Assembly (NCBI GenBank): GCA_012295275.1
Contig: CM022672.1
Coordinates: 18,414,001 to 18,478,000 of the forward strand
From: Chrysomallon squamiferum
Lineage: Eukaryota; Animalia; Mollusca
DNA length: 64,000 nucleotides
Direction of reading: 5' to 3'
Shown: positions 1-15,721 of the stretch, in pieces
Position numbering within the stretch: position 1 is the stretch's first letter
Layout: every line of letters starts with the position of its first letter
Notes under the pieces: generated by a model
Told to the model about the DNA's origin: nothing
The model's input: the letters and a program-made list of their open reading frames with translations, nothing else
Database searches by the model: none
Position numbers and translations under genes: made by a program

Positions 1-3000
1 ATAATTCACGATTGACAGTAAGATATAGATATAGTGAATAGTGACATCTATGAATTGTGTATAAGAATTGTTTAGCTCTATAATTTTTATTGATAAATTC
101 ATAGAAAACAAAAATGGTGTCTATTTTCATAATATAGTATTCAGTACTGGTAGTGGTACAGAATGAATCTTAAGTCTGTTAGCAGACATGCTGAAGCTAT
201 TGCATTGTTATCTCATAATTTATGCTTTTATTAGAGTCGGTCCAGAGCGTATAGTAGTATCTTTGTAACAGACGTTCATATTCACAAATCCTGTAGTCTT
301 TGTTTCTTTTGCATGCAGGAGAGTTGTTGTTCCAGTTCTTTAAATGCTATTCCCCAGCCCAGACCTTGTGCCACTTGTGGGTCAAGGCTAAATTTTATAC
401 ATGTGCAACTATCGCCTATTTATAGATTTTTCTCCATAGGATGGATATGGATGGACCTGTTAAAATATTTGGTTTCTTGAATGTCCCATACTGACCAGTA
501 ACATTTTGTTGGAGGCAGAGGGGAAAAAACATATATATATTTTATTTAAATACACATATACATAATACATATAATTAAAACAGATTAATTTGAAAGTGTT
601 GATTTCAAACATTTATAGATCAAAAATATTTTAATTTTTTAATTAATCTCATTAATATTTAATTATTTTGCTGATTATTTTATATATATATATATATAGA
701 CAAACACACACATTTAATTTAAAAAAGAAAGATAACATATAACATATTAGACTACCATCGTATATATTTCAAATGTGAATGTACAAGATGCTTTTGAACA
801 ATAGGACAAAAATAAATAATTATGTCAAAGATATCAGAAAATACTCTGTTGTCTTTGCATGTAAATAAATCAATAAAAATATCCTTTGTCATATATTTTT
901 TATGCATACAGTCATACTCATAAACATATATATATATATATATATATAATTGAAGGACATTAGTTTAAGCCTACAGCTATTGTAAATGCATGTGACACAT
1001 TTGCTTTTATGGATTAAAAAAATAATCACCAGTTTATCTTGCAGGTCATTGTAAGTTCACATTGATAGTTTGCAAGCTTTATCCATCATTTCTACTGAAA
1101 ATAAAAAAACAAACAAAACAAATCGGACTTGTTTGTATATACATATAAAGGTTCTTTTGTAGATAAGTTATTTTTTAGTTAACTTGTTGAAAAGTCATTT
1201 GCTTTCATTAAAATGTCATTATTGACAAATAATATAAAATATAAAGGCAGTTATTTCTAGTTCACACAAAATAGACTGCTGGATAGGTTTATTTACTAAA
1301 TAAAACCTTAATCCTTAAACATGGACTTCACAACAGACAGTGACTGAGTAGAAATCTGGTTAAATGTTTAAACTGTATTTCAGTAAAATCAGGGTTTAGA
1401 ACAGAATATATTGAATTATCTGATAATATGTTAACTTGTTACAGATTTTTGCTTATCTTTAATTCATTAAAAGATTCATTATGTACAATCTTTTGAGCAT
1501 GTAGTTGAATGGTCAATATTTTCTGGTGATTTTTATCAAACAAAATTCTATTAATTCATTAATGCTTGATTAATAACAAAACAACAATCTTGTTGAAACA
1601 ATCCTTGATTATAAAAACTTGGAGAAAGGAACACTGCAAAACATTGTTCACATGTATATGTGTAAGTAAATGTGAAGTTTTCTGTGAAATATATTTCTTA
1701 TTTTAATGACATTGTTTAAGATATTTACTTTTGCTGATATTAATATTAGGGTGGAATATAAAGAAACATGTTACTTATTTGTCTTGTAACAGTTTCAAAA
1801 TTATGACAATTTTTGAATATTCATACTCTGTATTTTTATTATTGTTGTTGTTTTTATTATTATTACTGTTATTATTATTATTTTATGAGTAAAATGGCTA
1901 AAGCTTTTATTTGTGATAAAACTTTTAAAATTCTGCTGGAAAAAGCACTACAATTGTTCTGGCAATAACTCTTCTTCATTGTAACAGGAAAATCTTTTAG
2001 CACATGACATATCTTTATGCTTTAATATGTCATAACGGTAACAAATTAAAAAAAGAAAGAAAATATAGCTGTCCAAATTCCAGATAAATTATCTTTCTCA
2101 GATAATTCTTTTTTATTACTATTTTCTTTTTTAAGTTATCATATAAATTAAATGTCACTGAATTTTCTTTCTGTTTGTGACATTAAAAGCTATGTGGATA
2201 AAAGTCAATTTTTTTAGATTTGTCAGGTGTTGGCAGTAATTATATGGATCATTAAAAGTACTTCGTATGGTCTCATAGTCATAGTAACATTAATTATTTT
2301 TTATCCTGTTTTCACTGATGTTCAGTTGTTGGCATGACAGATGAACTTGGAAGTATTAATTTAGACATAAAGTAAGAAACACATCTTTCCTGGTGATGTG
2401 ATTTTATATTTTTTAACTTTTTAATTGTAGTAAATATAATCTAGACAGAATGAATCTCAGGTGGTTAAAGATAAATAGATCTGTATAAAAAGACAAAAAG
2501 AAATGTAGATTATACATGCTAGATAAGCTTACACAGATAGACGTGTGTGTGTGTGTGTGTGTGTTTGTGTAAATATTTACATGGTTCATGTATAAAGTAC
2601 AGAATAAGGAATTTTAGTAATTCAAAAAACCATGTTAAAAACTGGACTTTCAAGAGTTGAGGTTTGTTTGTGTTATATTTTTTAAGAAATAAAAACAAAA
2701 AAAATGATCTTACAGCATAGATCTTAACACTAACACAACAAGCTTTCTCTGACAGTCTGTGAAGACTTAATGGAATAACAACCTGCTATACTGATTCTCT
2801 TGGCATAGAAAAGTTCATGGTCTTATATTACATGTATTTACAGCAACTTTAGCACATATATTTGCAAGAGTTTACCTGTCATAGAAACCTGTGCCTTTTT
2901 TTTTTTTTTTTTGGGGTTTTTGTTGTTTTTTATAGATATATTATTTCAGCTGAAACATGATAATTACAAATTTATCATGGTTCAGAAACAAACACTTCTA

Positions 3001-4130
3001 TTTAAATGTTCATTCATTATGTACATATTTAGTTCTCAGGAATTATCAAATTGCTTACATTCGTCTTAGAATTTGATTAATATTTTAAGGAAAAAATTCT
3101 TGTGTTGCATTTTTTGTTGGTTTTTTGCATACACTTGCTCAGGTTCACATGTAATGGCAAAAATGTATCTGCTTTATGAAACACGAAATGCTGCTGTTGA
3201 AAAAACAACAACAAAAACAGTGATTGTTTCAAGCTACATGTGTTGCAGTAATCAAATACCAGGTTTGCATCATGTTTGAACATGCAAATAAAAGAGAGAA
3301 ATATGAAAAAATATGAGTAGTATTAAAGTAATGAAATTTGAAATGCTTATTTAAAAAAAATAAAAAATATAAATGTAAAACTGTTCTTGATGATATATAT
3401 GGGAAAAATGCATAGGTAATTGCATCATCAATTTTCCATCCTATCTGGTTGTGAATTACAATTTCCTTGCTTATTACATACTGTATGACATCCAGCAGCT
3501 AATGGCCAGTAATTTACAAGGAACTTTTGGACAAAACCGAGTAAGAGCCTTCAGCTTTTCACATGATTCAGGAATGGTAATCTTATTGATCTGTTACCAC
3601 AAGTAGGGCAGGCACACAAACTTGGATCTATTTGATGATTGGTCTGACATTTTCCATTATTGATATAGCTTATTATCATTGCACCCTAAATATGATTCTA
3701 ATTTTGTGAAATATTTCTTACTTGAGAATATTCAGTATGGATTATTTTCATCACAGCAGACACATGCGAAGACTAAGAAATATATGTAAAACCATTACGA
3801 TTATGTAATTTATTTAAATGTTTGTGTGTTGTTTATTTTCTCCACATAACTGACATAACCAAGAAATGTTTTTATATCAGATTTGTTATTTCCATTTAAC
3901 TTAATGCAGTTGTATCCTGGTCATTTTATGTCTTATACATAAGTTTTTTTTTGAGTTCCTGTTACTGATGGGTCTGTTGGTGGAAACAGCTTGTAGTAAT
4001 GTCATATGAAATGACACAACACAAATGTTGCAGTCAGTAATGTAAATCAATGACTTACATGGACTTACTCTCATACTCAAGAGATTTAGATTTGATTCAT
4101 AAAAAAAAAAAAATTTCTTCAAAAAAGAAA

Positions 4131-4162
<32 letters not shown>

Positions 4163-4494
4163 AAAAATATATATATATAAAAAATTATCAGTTATTCTTA
4201 ATGTGTTATTTTAATTTTCATTTCTTTTCTGATAAGATTTATTATCCATTATTTTTATTTTTATTTTTATTATGAATGAATTTGTTGCTTAAAGATTTAA
4301 TGTTTAGAATGTTTAAATGAGTCATCTTTTGTCTGATTACAGTGAATTCATGAATGAATCTTTAAAAATAAAATATAAAAAATATAATGTTTAAAGAAGG
4401 AAGAATTTATTTCATATTTATTCTACATAAGTATGAACATTGTTATTCTAGAGTATGTAAATTGAGTTTTTCACCACCATCAGCCATTTTGACA

Positions 4495-4664
4495 TGAAGA
4501 CTTAAACACACCTTTGCAATCCATGAATCTTGGTTAATTAGTTGATAATCAGTGTTAAAAAGAAAACTTGCACATCCCCAGTGAGCTCTGGAATGGAGCC
4601 AACACCAGTATTCGATCCTAGTTCATGCTTGTCTTGATGATTTAACCACAGCACCAAGGCTGGT
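4495..4664 (-). mobile_element. Degenerate tRNA-derived SINE
   Basis: The minus strand reads ccagccttggtgctgtggttaaatcatc...aggatcgaatactggtgttggctccattccagagc, with an A-box-like TGGTGCTGTGG and a B-box-like GGATCGAATAC at tRNA spacing; CpGs have decayed. Boundaries approximate. Confidence 0.55.
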
Positions 4665-5403
4665 TTTGCAACAGCATTCCTGCTCCTCATTTTGTAAAAA
4701 CAAAGTTAAGCTGTGTAATCAGTACTTAGCATTGTGGCTGACATTTTCTTTCTGATAAACATACAGATAGGCAGCTTTGGTGGTGGAATGGTTTGGAGAT
4801 TTCAAAGCAGTAACTCTTGTAACAGATATATGTCAGTATTATCAGAACATCTTGAATGTTCTGGATAAAATTAGTATCTTTAAAAACTAAAGCTGTTTAA
4901 TATTTTCTTCCTTTTTTCTTTTTCTTTTTTTTTTTTTGTTTTTGTATCTGAAGTTTTTCAAATACTATTTTACTTTGATTTTGGTGGAAATTATTAGAAA
5001 AAAACATCTTGCTACCTTTATAAAGATTGTTCCAACTGATTAACAGTATGGAACATATATACTTTTACCTGCAGACTTCAGTGCACCATACTGGAACTTG
5101 TTATCCATGTAATATTATATGCATGTTTATCATTATGCTGTATATTGGCAGCAGTCTTTGTTGTGCTGCATTCTGAATTACAGTAACAAATTATATGCAT
5201 TAGTACATACTATGTTCTTTTTTTATTCTATTATATCTATTATTATAATATATATTTTAGATTTTTAGAAACTGTTTTTAAACAATAAATAAATAAATAC
5301 ACAAATTTATTTAAATGCAACGAATTGTTTATGATACAACATAAAAGTATCTGTACAGTTTTATGCTATCATTTATCTCTAAATTTGTAAAGATATTACT
5401 TGA

Positions 5404-5498
5404 TACAATGTTACACAGGGGTATCAGATCCTTTTTAGTTGCTTTTCTTTGGTACAATGTTACACAGGTATCAGATCCTTTTTAGTTGTTTTTCTTTT
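5404..5498. repeat. Two-copy direct repeat of about 48 bp
   Basis: tacaatgttacacagg(gg)tatcagatcctttttagttg(c/t)ttttcttt occurs twice in tandem. Confidence 0.85.
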
Positions 5499-6209
5499 AC
5501 TGTATGTTTTGACATTAATATGTTGTATATGTTGTAATTTTTTTTTATCTATTATCAGTAAAAGTGTAACTTTTGAATATCTTTTTATTCTTTCTTTTCT
5601 TAAATTAACAATTAAATAATAATTAACTATTAATATTTATAAGACAGTACTAAAAAACTGACTGTTTTGTAAGCAGATCTTTAACAGTTCTTAGTGTTAG
5701 TATTTAACTCCCTCTAGTGCATACATGTCAGTACAAATATATATAATATCTCTGACCTTCAACTTTACCTTTCTCTCTTTCATATGTATTTTGCAAGGAA
5801 ACACATGATATTATGCATGTACACAAATACAAATAATGTATCTGTGGAACAAATTAGGACACTATGAACAGCTGGGTTACTATGCACTTCTCAGACATTT
5901 TATTTCAAGGGCACAGATATTATACATTGTTGCAAATGGTGTTGACATGAGAAAACATGTACAAGTATACAGTTCTGACGTACTTTAATAAATATATGCA
6001 CTTGTGTCTGTACCTCTTTGGAATGTTCTAAGCCAGTGTATATAAATTACATGTGTAAAAAAAATATTATGTTTGTGAATGTATATTTTTAAGAAGTCAT
6101 GAGAACAAATGCTATGTTATCCTTGGTACAGCTGGTATTCAGATAACACATCTTTTTGTTTCAACATATTATTTACATTATTTAAAATTATTATTTTGTA
6201 TAAAGAGAT

Positions 6210-6260
<51 letters not shown>

Positions 6261-7737
6261 TGTATTTATTTTTATTTTATAATTTTTTTTAGAGAAAGAG
6301 ATAAAAAAAAAAGACAATGATCCATCCATTAAAATTTTTAAAGCTGTTCATTAATAGTAACTACATAGGCATCAAATTGTCATATTCATAATAACTGGTT
6401 TTTGAGCTTAAAACTATTACATACATTTAAACAGTTTTTTACTTAATGGGACAGGTTTATTAATAGTCTTGAATGTCTTTTAAGCAATGCTAATCGGTAA
6501 AAGTAAAAATCAGATTTGCTTATCGCTGAATAAATATCAGTGTATCATTTTGACATTAATATCATGTAATGCTAACATTTTCACGTAAAAAGAATTGATT
6601 GTGTCATACTGCACAATATTTGAGATAATGTAATAACATGTTGCTGGTAATGACTGAACTTTTTCAGTCAGATTTTCTAGCACTGGTCATGGTTATTGGT
6701 ATCCTATTAAATATCAAAAATAATTTGTCCCTTTTTACAAAGAATGAACAGTACTTTATCTGAATATTGCTTGACATTCATTTTTTTCTATTTTTATTAC
6801 ATAGTGCTTTACATATTGTGAATTAAATAACAAATTATTTCTTAAACTTATCTATTTAATTTTTTTCCTTCAGTGTTCCACGATTTTTTTACATTCCTAA
6901 ATGTAAAACCTCAATAAACGGAACACCCCTTCTCCTCCAATTTTTTTCTTGATTGCATTGGATTGAAATTTCAAACTGATTCGTGATTTATTTGTTGTGA
7001 ATCACAAAACAGTGTGATTCTTGATTAAGCTTTTTGGTTGTAATTAAATATGATTTTTCCTTCAGCTGTTGTAATGGATTCAAACAATAAAATAAACAAT
7101 TTTTATATGTTTTTACTAATGGAAAGTGCACATTAAACCTCTAAGTGTCAGTCAGTAATAGCCCAGAGTCCAGAACATGTTCCAGTAAATCATATATTTG
7201 ACAGATAAAAGCTGGTATTTAAACATTTATAAGCAAAATAAATCATTTTGATCTTGACAGATGCATCTTTGCAAAGGTCAGAATTCTCATGTTTGGTGTT
7301 GAACTTGCAGTTTGATTGTTACAATATCAAGTAATAAACAAATGCCAGTAGTGCAATATCTGTAATCAATTTCAGAATCACATACATGCATGGAATTATG
7401 TCTTAGCATTTTCATGATGGTTTCGTGTTTGAAATAGGGACTAACCTTAAAAACCTAAAATTTAGTTTTCTTATATATTTTAATTTGTTACAATTTGATG
7501 TTAAAAGTACAGTTAGACAAAATACGAGTCTTGCTAGTTGCATATTTTGTATAAGCATTTGCAATTAAAACATCTGTTACATCTTGACTTATATTCAGTG
7601 GTTATCTCATGAGTTCTTAAAATAAATTTTATATTCAAATAACATTTTATTCCTTTTCCATTTTTTTTTTTTTTCCATTCTTTTTTTTCCTGATGAATGT
7701 ACATGTTAATTTTGATTTTAATTTTTTTTATTTACAG

Positions 7738-7795
7738 GGAGATTTAAAACACAAGCAGTTTGTTGTTTTAACTGTTCACGATTTAGGATGCAACC
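7738..7795 (+). CDS. NDRG: NDRG-like exon (first visible): GDLKHKQFVVLTVHDLGCN(H)
   Basis: tttacag acceptor, C|gtaagt donor, TVHDLGCNH motif; phase 0 to 1. Confidence 0.92.
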
Positions 7796-8084
7796 GTAAG
7801 TATTCTTAATAATCTAAAGAGATTGTAAAAAAAAAAAAAAAAAAAAAAAAATTATTTCTTTTATTTAATGTCAAGATACACTGGGAAATCTGTTTTGATT
7901 TCTGTACAGTACAAACATATTTACCATTCGTAAACATAGTGTAGTAAGATAACCATTAATTGTGAATGTTTGACAGATTAAATAGATGTTTACAATGATT
8001 GCAAAGTCAAATAGCTACATCAAAATCTGCTCTTTATTCTAATCTTTGAAAATAATCTTTATGGGTATGTATATATATAATATA

Positions 8085-8127
<43 letters not shown>

Positions 8128-9501
8128 ATAATAAAAATAAGGTAGCATTTCTCTTTTGGGACAAATTTAGAAAAGGCTAAATTTTCAGACTGAATAATAA
8201 GCTGTGACATTTTGTTTTAAAACCATTATCTTCTCACTGATTAGATTCAATGTGGACCAACTTCCTGTCACATTCTTCAATGGAGGAAATCACCAAACGA
8301 GCTGCTTTCATCCACGTGGACGTGCCAGGCCAGGAAGATGATGCCCCTGATCTGCCAGCTGAGTGAGTTGCAAGCTTAATTAACACTAATCTTAGCATTT
8401 CCACAATCATTTAACCCTTTCTCTTAGATGCACTGATGAAGCTGACAACTTTCATTTCTTGTACTACTTACAGGAGAAAAGTTGTTTTTTTTCTTCTTAT
8501 TTCACCTGTTATATTTGCTAAAATGATAATTTAGGTGTATGTCTGTCTGTGCGTTTGTTTGGGGTATGGGTGTGTAAAATGATGCAAAAACTGTGCAAAA
8601 AAACAAAAGGAATGACTTTAATGAAGAATTGAAGAATATGGTTAAAATATACTCATTTGATTGTGTGTTGTTTTATTTGTTTTATTTCTATTTTTACCCA
8701 AAATTCGGTATATAATTTGTATTATGTATTTATCAACTGGATCTTAAAAAAATTTGTTTATTTTATACATCTTCAATTAGCTCAAAAAGCCCCACAAACC
8801 AAAAAAGAAGGAAAAAAAAATCCTCACAATAACAAACAAATCAAAAATTTCTGAGCATCTTGTTTTGTAAGTAATTGTGTTAGTCTATGGCATCAGACAG
8901 TCATTGATTCAAACATTGAAAGTATCTGTCTGAATTATCCACAAATATATTTTATTGTCTGTTTAGGATAAAACATGAATAAATATTATATTACTTATTT
9001 TATTGTTGGATGATCGAAGACATGAATGAAAAGATAATCTTGTTTTAAAATCATTTGTTACGACGTTAAAATGTGCTGAATATAAGAACACTTCCAGGCT
9101 TCATGTTAAGTACAGATAGGTAATGAATATGAAATGTGATACATACACATTTTTGGAACTCACTGGCATTGTTATCTTTTCAGATAACACTCAAGAAATA
9201 TATTTACAGAATAAAGATGAAATAAAGTCAATCATTGTCACTGAAATAAATGTTTTTATTTAAAATATTGAGAGAAATGAAAACTAAATAAGTTAGTTGT
9301 TTTAAAAAAAAAAAAAAAAAGAATTAATGTGAAGAGAATGAATATTTTGAAAGCTTTCCAGATAGTCTTAAATGTAAAAATTATTGCCATAGACATACAT
9401 GAAACAAGGTATGTATACTGATGTAAAAGGTAATGCTGTTATGATTTATTACACATTTCTGATTTTTAATTGTGAGTGACATGATTATCAATTATTCTGT
9501 G

Positions 9502-9538
<37 letters not shown>

Positions 9539-12500
9539 CCAACAACAAATAAAACTAATGATTTGTTTTCTCCAGCTAATGTAACTCTTGACAGAGAACA
9601 TATCCTATCATTTTCTTTTTCTTTTTTTTTTTCCTTTGTCTGAGCACATAAAAAATATGGTGATTAATAGTTGTTTTTGATGCTCTATTGGTATTTAAAT
9701 CATTATCAAGGATCATGTAGCACATCAAGTTTAAATAATTAACTTTCCATTGATTTTCATTATGTTCATATTGAATTATGTGTAACTGTGTTTTTATATA
9801 TTGACGGAAGGGGAGAGAGAGAAAAAGATACATATCTGAAAAAGAAACATATTTAAAGATCATTTAAAAAATATTTAAATTATTGTTTTAGCCAAAAAAT
9901 CCAATGTAGAGATATTCTTTATTAACACTGATTTTTGAAAAACTTAATCAGGATATATAAATAAAAAAAATAAAAAATAAAAATAATAAAAATAAATAAT
10001 CTCTCCACACACATTCACACACATAAAATAAAAAGCAAAGTGCAGGCATTTTTTAAATTATTATTATCTGTTTTTTTTTTTTTTTTCCCAAACTCATGTA
10101 GAATTTTAGTATGTTTATACTATAGGATACAAAGTCAGATCAAGCAATTAATCTTTTTCACAGTGATGGTAATAGGGTATGTGGTAGCTTGTGTAATTAC
10201 CTGTCAGCTCAGTTAAGTACATTTAAATGTAGCATGACTTGTTAATGGAAAGAGATGGCTACAGTGCAAACAACTGACAAGCACAGGCAAAAATAAAATA
10301 AAATTCAAAAAAAGAACATAATTTGTTATAATATACAATAAAAATATTTTGCTATCAGAAGAATAAAGCCAGAAATTCTTAGTATGTAAAAAAAAAAAAA
10401 AAAAGTTTGTCCAAAAATTTATGTAATTGAAGCAGTAAGAACAGAACATGCGTCAGTGTTCAGGTCTTCGATACACAAGCAAAACTCACACAATAATAAA
10501 TGTCATTACTGATAATAAAATCTGGTTGCTTGATTATGTGGTTTTACATAGCAAGTGTTTATTTACCAGAGGTTGTGTGAGAATCCAGATTCTATTGATA
10601 TTATGCTAATAGAAAGAACTGCTTTCATGCACTTGTAGCCAAACACAATGTAGATTTTCCTTAGGCAAAACATTACTGTTTCATCATATATTTATAGCTA
10701 CTGAATACATGTACTTAACAAGAATATTTTTTTGATAGTTTTAATGATTTATAGCATTACAATATTATGAGGGAAAAAAAAGAAAAAAAAAAAGAAAGAA
10801 ATATGTTTATATATATATTATATTTATGTAGATTCAAAATAATAAAATGCACACTCCAGATTTTAAAATTAAACTAAGACTGTTTTTTTTTTTTTATTAC
10901 ACATGCATACATGCTAGCAGCTTCTGTTATAAATATGTTTTATTATTAAGAAATTTTCAGGTGAACAAATTCACATTATAAAAATGGTGCCCTATTATAT
11001 ATGTACTCTTTATGTTGATGGTTGCAGTTGATTTTAATCCTTGTTCTTGTTAAAACCATACCAGGATGTCTGCTGATCACCCATGATCAATAAAGTAGGT
11101 GGCCTGGACTTGTATTGCACATAAAAGTTCTGTACCAGAAATTATGTAATCTCCAGGACCATGCAAGCATGTATGTAAATTTCTGATTTATTGCACTTTG
11201 CTGGCATTCGGTTCTGATTGCTCAGCTCTTTTTTGATCAAACTGAAACTGATACATTTATATGTCTTCTGCAGTCTTCTGTTTTTAGATGCTATTCCTTG
11301 ATTTGAACTGAGTCAGATACAAAAGAAATTAAAGAATTTTGAATGCATATAGACATTTACACTTAAGCACATGAAGTGATTTATTTATTTTTTTATAATT
11401 TTTTTTTGATATATACCATTCTTACAAGTTTTAGATTAAGACTGAAAAACACTTGAAGGTTTTTAAAATTATACTTGAAAATGATAACTTATAGGATATT
11501 CAAAAGACATATTTCAAACTGAATATCTTCAAAATTATATTAGTTTCTGTGCTTCTCATTAATTTACATGGTGAAATTAGAATTTAATAGGAAGTCAGTA
11601 CTGATATCAGTAATACATAATTAATTACATACATCAGATTTCTTCCATGTATTTTGATTAAAATCCTGCCTGAGATACATTTGGTTTTCACTTATGAAGT
11701 AGACATGAAAATTTAAGTAACATTAACTGCAACATCAATGGATGATTAATGAATACATTTGTGCCACAATGTTTACAGCTTTGAAGATAATTAAAGATAA
11801 TAATTATTTGGTATATTAAAGATTAGTATCATTCGATTACAGGGATTTATAAAAGCATTATTAACAAAGAACCTGTTTAAAAGAAAATCTGCTTTTTTTA
11901 TTATCTGTTGATAACCAGTTTATATACCTGATATATATGAATGCAATGAATATATGAATATATATTTATATATATTTAATATTTTGTCATTGATTGACTT
12001 TTTTAGATATTATATAGTTAAAAGAAAAAAAAAAAAAAGAAAAAGGAAAAAAAAAAAGTATGTATTTGTGTTTGTGTAAAATTTGCTCATCACCTACAAA
12101 ATTTATTCAGTCGTCAAAGATTGATTGATTTAATGCTTGTTCTGTATATTGATTGATAAGTTTTGAAATATTTTCGAGAATGCTGGTGTGGTTCTGCCAG
12201 TGTGTAATATTAGATTATGATTCAGATAGTTATTAGTGAGCTTTTACTGATACTTTTCTAATCAACAACAGAGATAATTGTCACACTTTAGCCCAGCAGT
12301 GTTCATTATCACTGTTATTAACTGTCAGGTGTTACTAGGCAGCAGAAACCCTTCCTTTTCTCATACTAATAAGTGAAAATGCATTATTATTATTTATGCT
12401 GTAATATCTTTACTCTGTATTGTACATGCTGTTAATACAAGTGCAGCAGAATATAAAATAATTATCAGATGTAAAATGGAAGGGAATAATGCGTGTTTAT

Positions 12501-13074
12501 GAACATGTAATTTTATCAACTGAGTTCACTGTTTATGGCCATCTACTTGCGTTTGTATGTGCATTAGATATGTATGATGAATGCATATATATATGTATGT
12601 GTGTGTGTATTTGAATATTTGGAAAGATCATCATATTTATCCATGGTATTTTATTGTGGAAATAGCGAACATATTGGATTTTTTTTTTTTTTTTTTTTTT
12701 TTTTTGTGAGTGGTTCTTTGGTGTGTTTGTTTTTTGGTTGGGGTTTTTGGTTTTTTAGTATTTAAGTTTTCTTTTTTTAAATATTACTTAAAGTTACTAA
12801 TACGGTTTTGGAACACATTCAATGCAAATCCAAACACAACATTTAACTATATAATTATTTTTATTGACTGCTCAGCAGGTATTCATTGTATGGTTTGATT
12901 GAACTATAAATTGCATACACAGTCAACATTGCACATCAAGTAATTACAATAATGATGCTCTGTTTTACTTAATTCATTTCTCTCACTGGTTTATGTCGAT
13001 GAATCAGAAATGATTTTTCTAGAAAATGATAAAAAGCATTTATATTTTTTAACTTTATTTTGTATTATTGTTAA

Positions 13075-13121
<47 letters not shown>

Positions 13122-13649
13122 GAGTTAGTAGAATTAGAGGCTACTTTCATTCATTCCATTCTTTTTTAATAAAAGATTATATGTTCTTATTGTTTTTAAT
13201 GTATTTGGTACTGGTTGTACCGTAAATACCATTATTTGAAAATAATTAATTGAAAAGCCCCAGTGGCTTTTTAATTAATTACTTTCAAACCAGTGCACTT
13301 AAATCCACTATATTATTTTTCCTTTATTTATTTATGTATTATAAAAATCATTAAAATATCATTTAATTTTAAATACCAACTATTTTGGCTGCATCACCAG
13401 ATTTTTCTGTTTGTAACAGTTAAAGTTCAGTTAACAAAAACTGTGATTTGTTTTAATTTTGGAGAACACTGTTTGCAGACATGTTTAGCAAAATATTTTA
13501 ATTTTTTTTAGACATTTTTATTTGTTATACAGAATCAGGTGTAGTTTATAGTATTTGTATGTGTGTGTGTTTTCTGATGTATGTATATGTTAACTTTATT
13601 TTTTAATTTTTATTTTAACTGTTTTTATTTTGTCTTGTTTAAAAAAAAG

Positions 13650-13681
<32 letters not shown>

Positions 13682-15673
13682 GTTAGTTTCAATAAAAATA
13701 ATTTATTTTGCTTTTCAAAATCTTGTTCCACCCTTGTGTACCAAGAATTAATTTCTATAAATGTTTTTTTGTTTTTTATTTTGTTTTTATCAGTAGAAGT
13801 ACAATTAATGGTTATTCATATATGAAGTTAATGACCATACCTTGAAAAAATTTGACTAAGCATTGACCTTGAACTTTCACAGGTACCCTTCCAAGAAAGC
13901 CTCAGGACTTAGCGTTTGGTAATAAAGTGAGATACAAACAATTTTTTATGGGCATGAGTGTAATGTCTGCATGGCTTAATGGCCAGACAAAACTCAGGTT
14001 ACTTACAGCTCAACTGTGCTTAAATACAGACTGAACTTGTCAACATAGTCAGTAATGTGTATGTTTAATTACATGTTAATTAATCTGCTAACACGAAGGT
14101 CTCTTTCACTTTGAGATAATGTGGAATAATTACTGAGCAGTACAGTGAAGTGTTTTTGTCATTTATTTATGAAAAATGCATTATAACATGTGGTTATATC
14201 TCATATACACATTATTCATTATTTAGTATCAAATAAGGTTTGACATTACCATAATTACATCTGTACATTTACTTATAAATTTTCCACAAGTAGTATTTTC
14301 TGAATTAAAAATTGTTTTCATACTCTAGCAATAAGTAAATTTCAATAACAAAATATCATGACAAAACACCATTAGACATATTGGTTTTATTATGTTTTGT
14401 TTCTTTTGTTGTGTCTGTCTGAACTATGTACTATTACATAGTTATTTGAGCTTATTTGTTTCATATCATGAGTATTTCATTTTGTCACATATATATGAAT
14501 GTCATATATTATTCCAGTATGTGTGCAAATATGTATGCATGTTTTTAATTTGCCAAAAATATCCTGACTATATATACTGACAGTATGTTCAGAGCAACTT
14601 GTTGCATTTGTTGTGACTTCTGTAAAAGGGTAACATCATAGTATAAAATATTTCAAAGCAAAACTGTATTGAATCTAACAACACTAAGATTAAGCTGTTA
14701 CTTTGCCACACAATTTTATCAGAATAATGCCAACATGATAATTTGATTATTTAGGCAATTTTCAAAAAAGTTTATTCAATTTTACAGCATTTTGGTAAAG
14801 TAATTGAATACTGTCACTGTTACAGATTGCTAGTTATGACTCATATTTGTGTGGGAAGATGTACTCTAAGCTTCATCAATTTAAAAACATTTTTTCCAGG
14901 CAGGGTAGGAAGAATCTCTGGGCAGAATATTCAGATTGATATAACTACTGTTCAGGTTAACTACCAAGACAGTACCTGCCTGTTCATTATTATTATTATT
15001 TATTTATTTCTGTTGTTGTTACCATTATTTGTTCTTCCTTCCCATTACATTCTTTCTAGTAACATCATTAATTTCAAAGATTGCCATTATGATTTAGTAC
15101 AAAATCCATACTAACTTGATCATGATTATGTTCTGCTTACCTGTATGTATACATGTATTTGTATGTATATATGTGTAATTATATTATATGTGAATGTGTT
15201 TGTTGAAAATGGTATTTTGTCATATTTTTATTATTTTTTAATTGTTTGAGAATGCACAAGTTTTTATGTCCTTGTGCTTTTACATATATATATATTTACT
15301 TACCACTGTTTATGTACTTATATTACAATATGTGTGTATAACTTTTATTTGATGTTGTATAACAAATTTTGTTACTGTTCATTATTCTTTGGAATTAGTT
15401 TAAAAGGTTCCAGCAGATAAATGCGTAACAAAAATCAAGAAGACAAAACTGCTTTCCCTAATAAATTCTAATTACACTGTATTAGCAGTAATCCACATCA
15501 GTTTAGTCTAATTAAACTGAGTATTGACTAACCAGAAAATCTCTCCAACTTATGTGTCTTGTGAGTCCTCTGTGGACCAGACTCCTCGACAGTAAATCAG
15601 TCACTGCATTGAATTTAATCGATTTTACCTCTAAAGATCTTGAAGTTTTGAGAAAAATAAATGAATGTGTTAG

Positions 15674-15721
<48 letters not shown>

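Noticed and set aside
1-7737. Search for the N-terminal coding exon(s) of the NDRG gene
   Set aside because: I found no exon ending in a suitable ..VQ|gt phase-0 junction; the exon(s) are presumed to lie upstream of the window.
8411-8484. TTAA-CCCTTTCTC...GAGAAAAG piggyBac-like mini element
   Set aside because: The right end is imperfect and lacks the TTAA duplication; too short to support.
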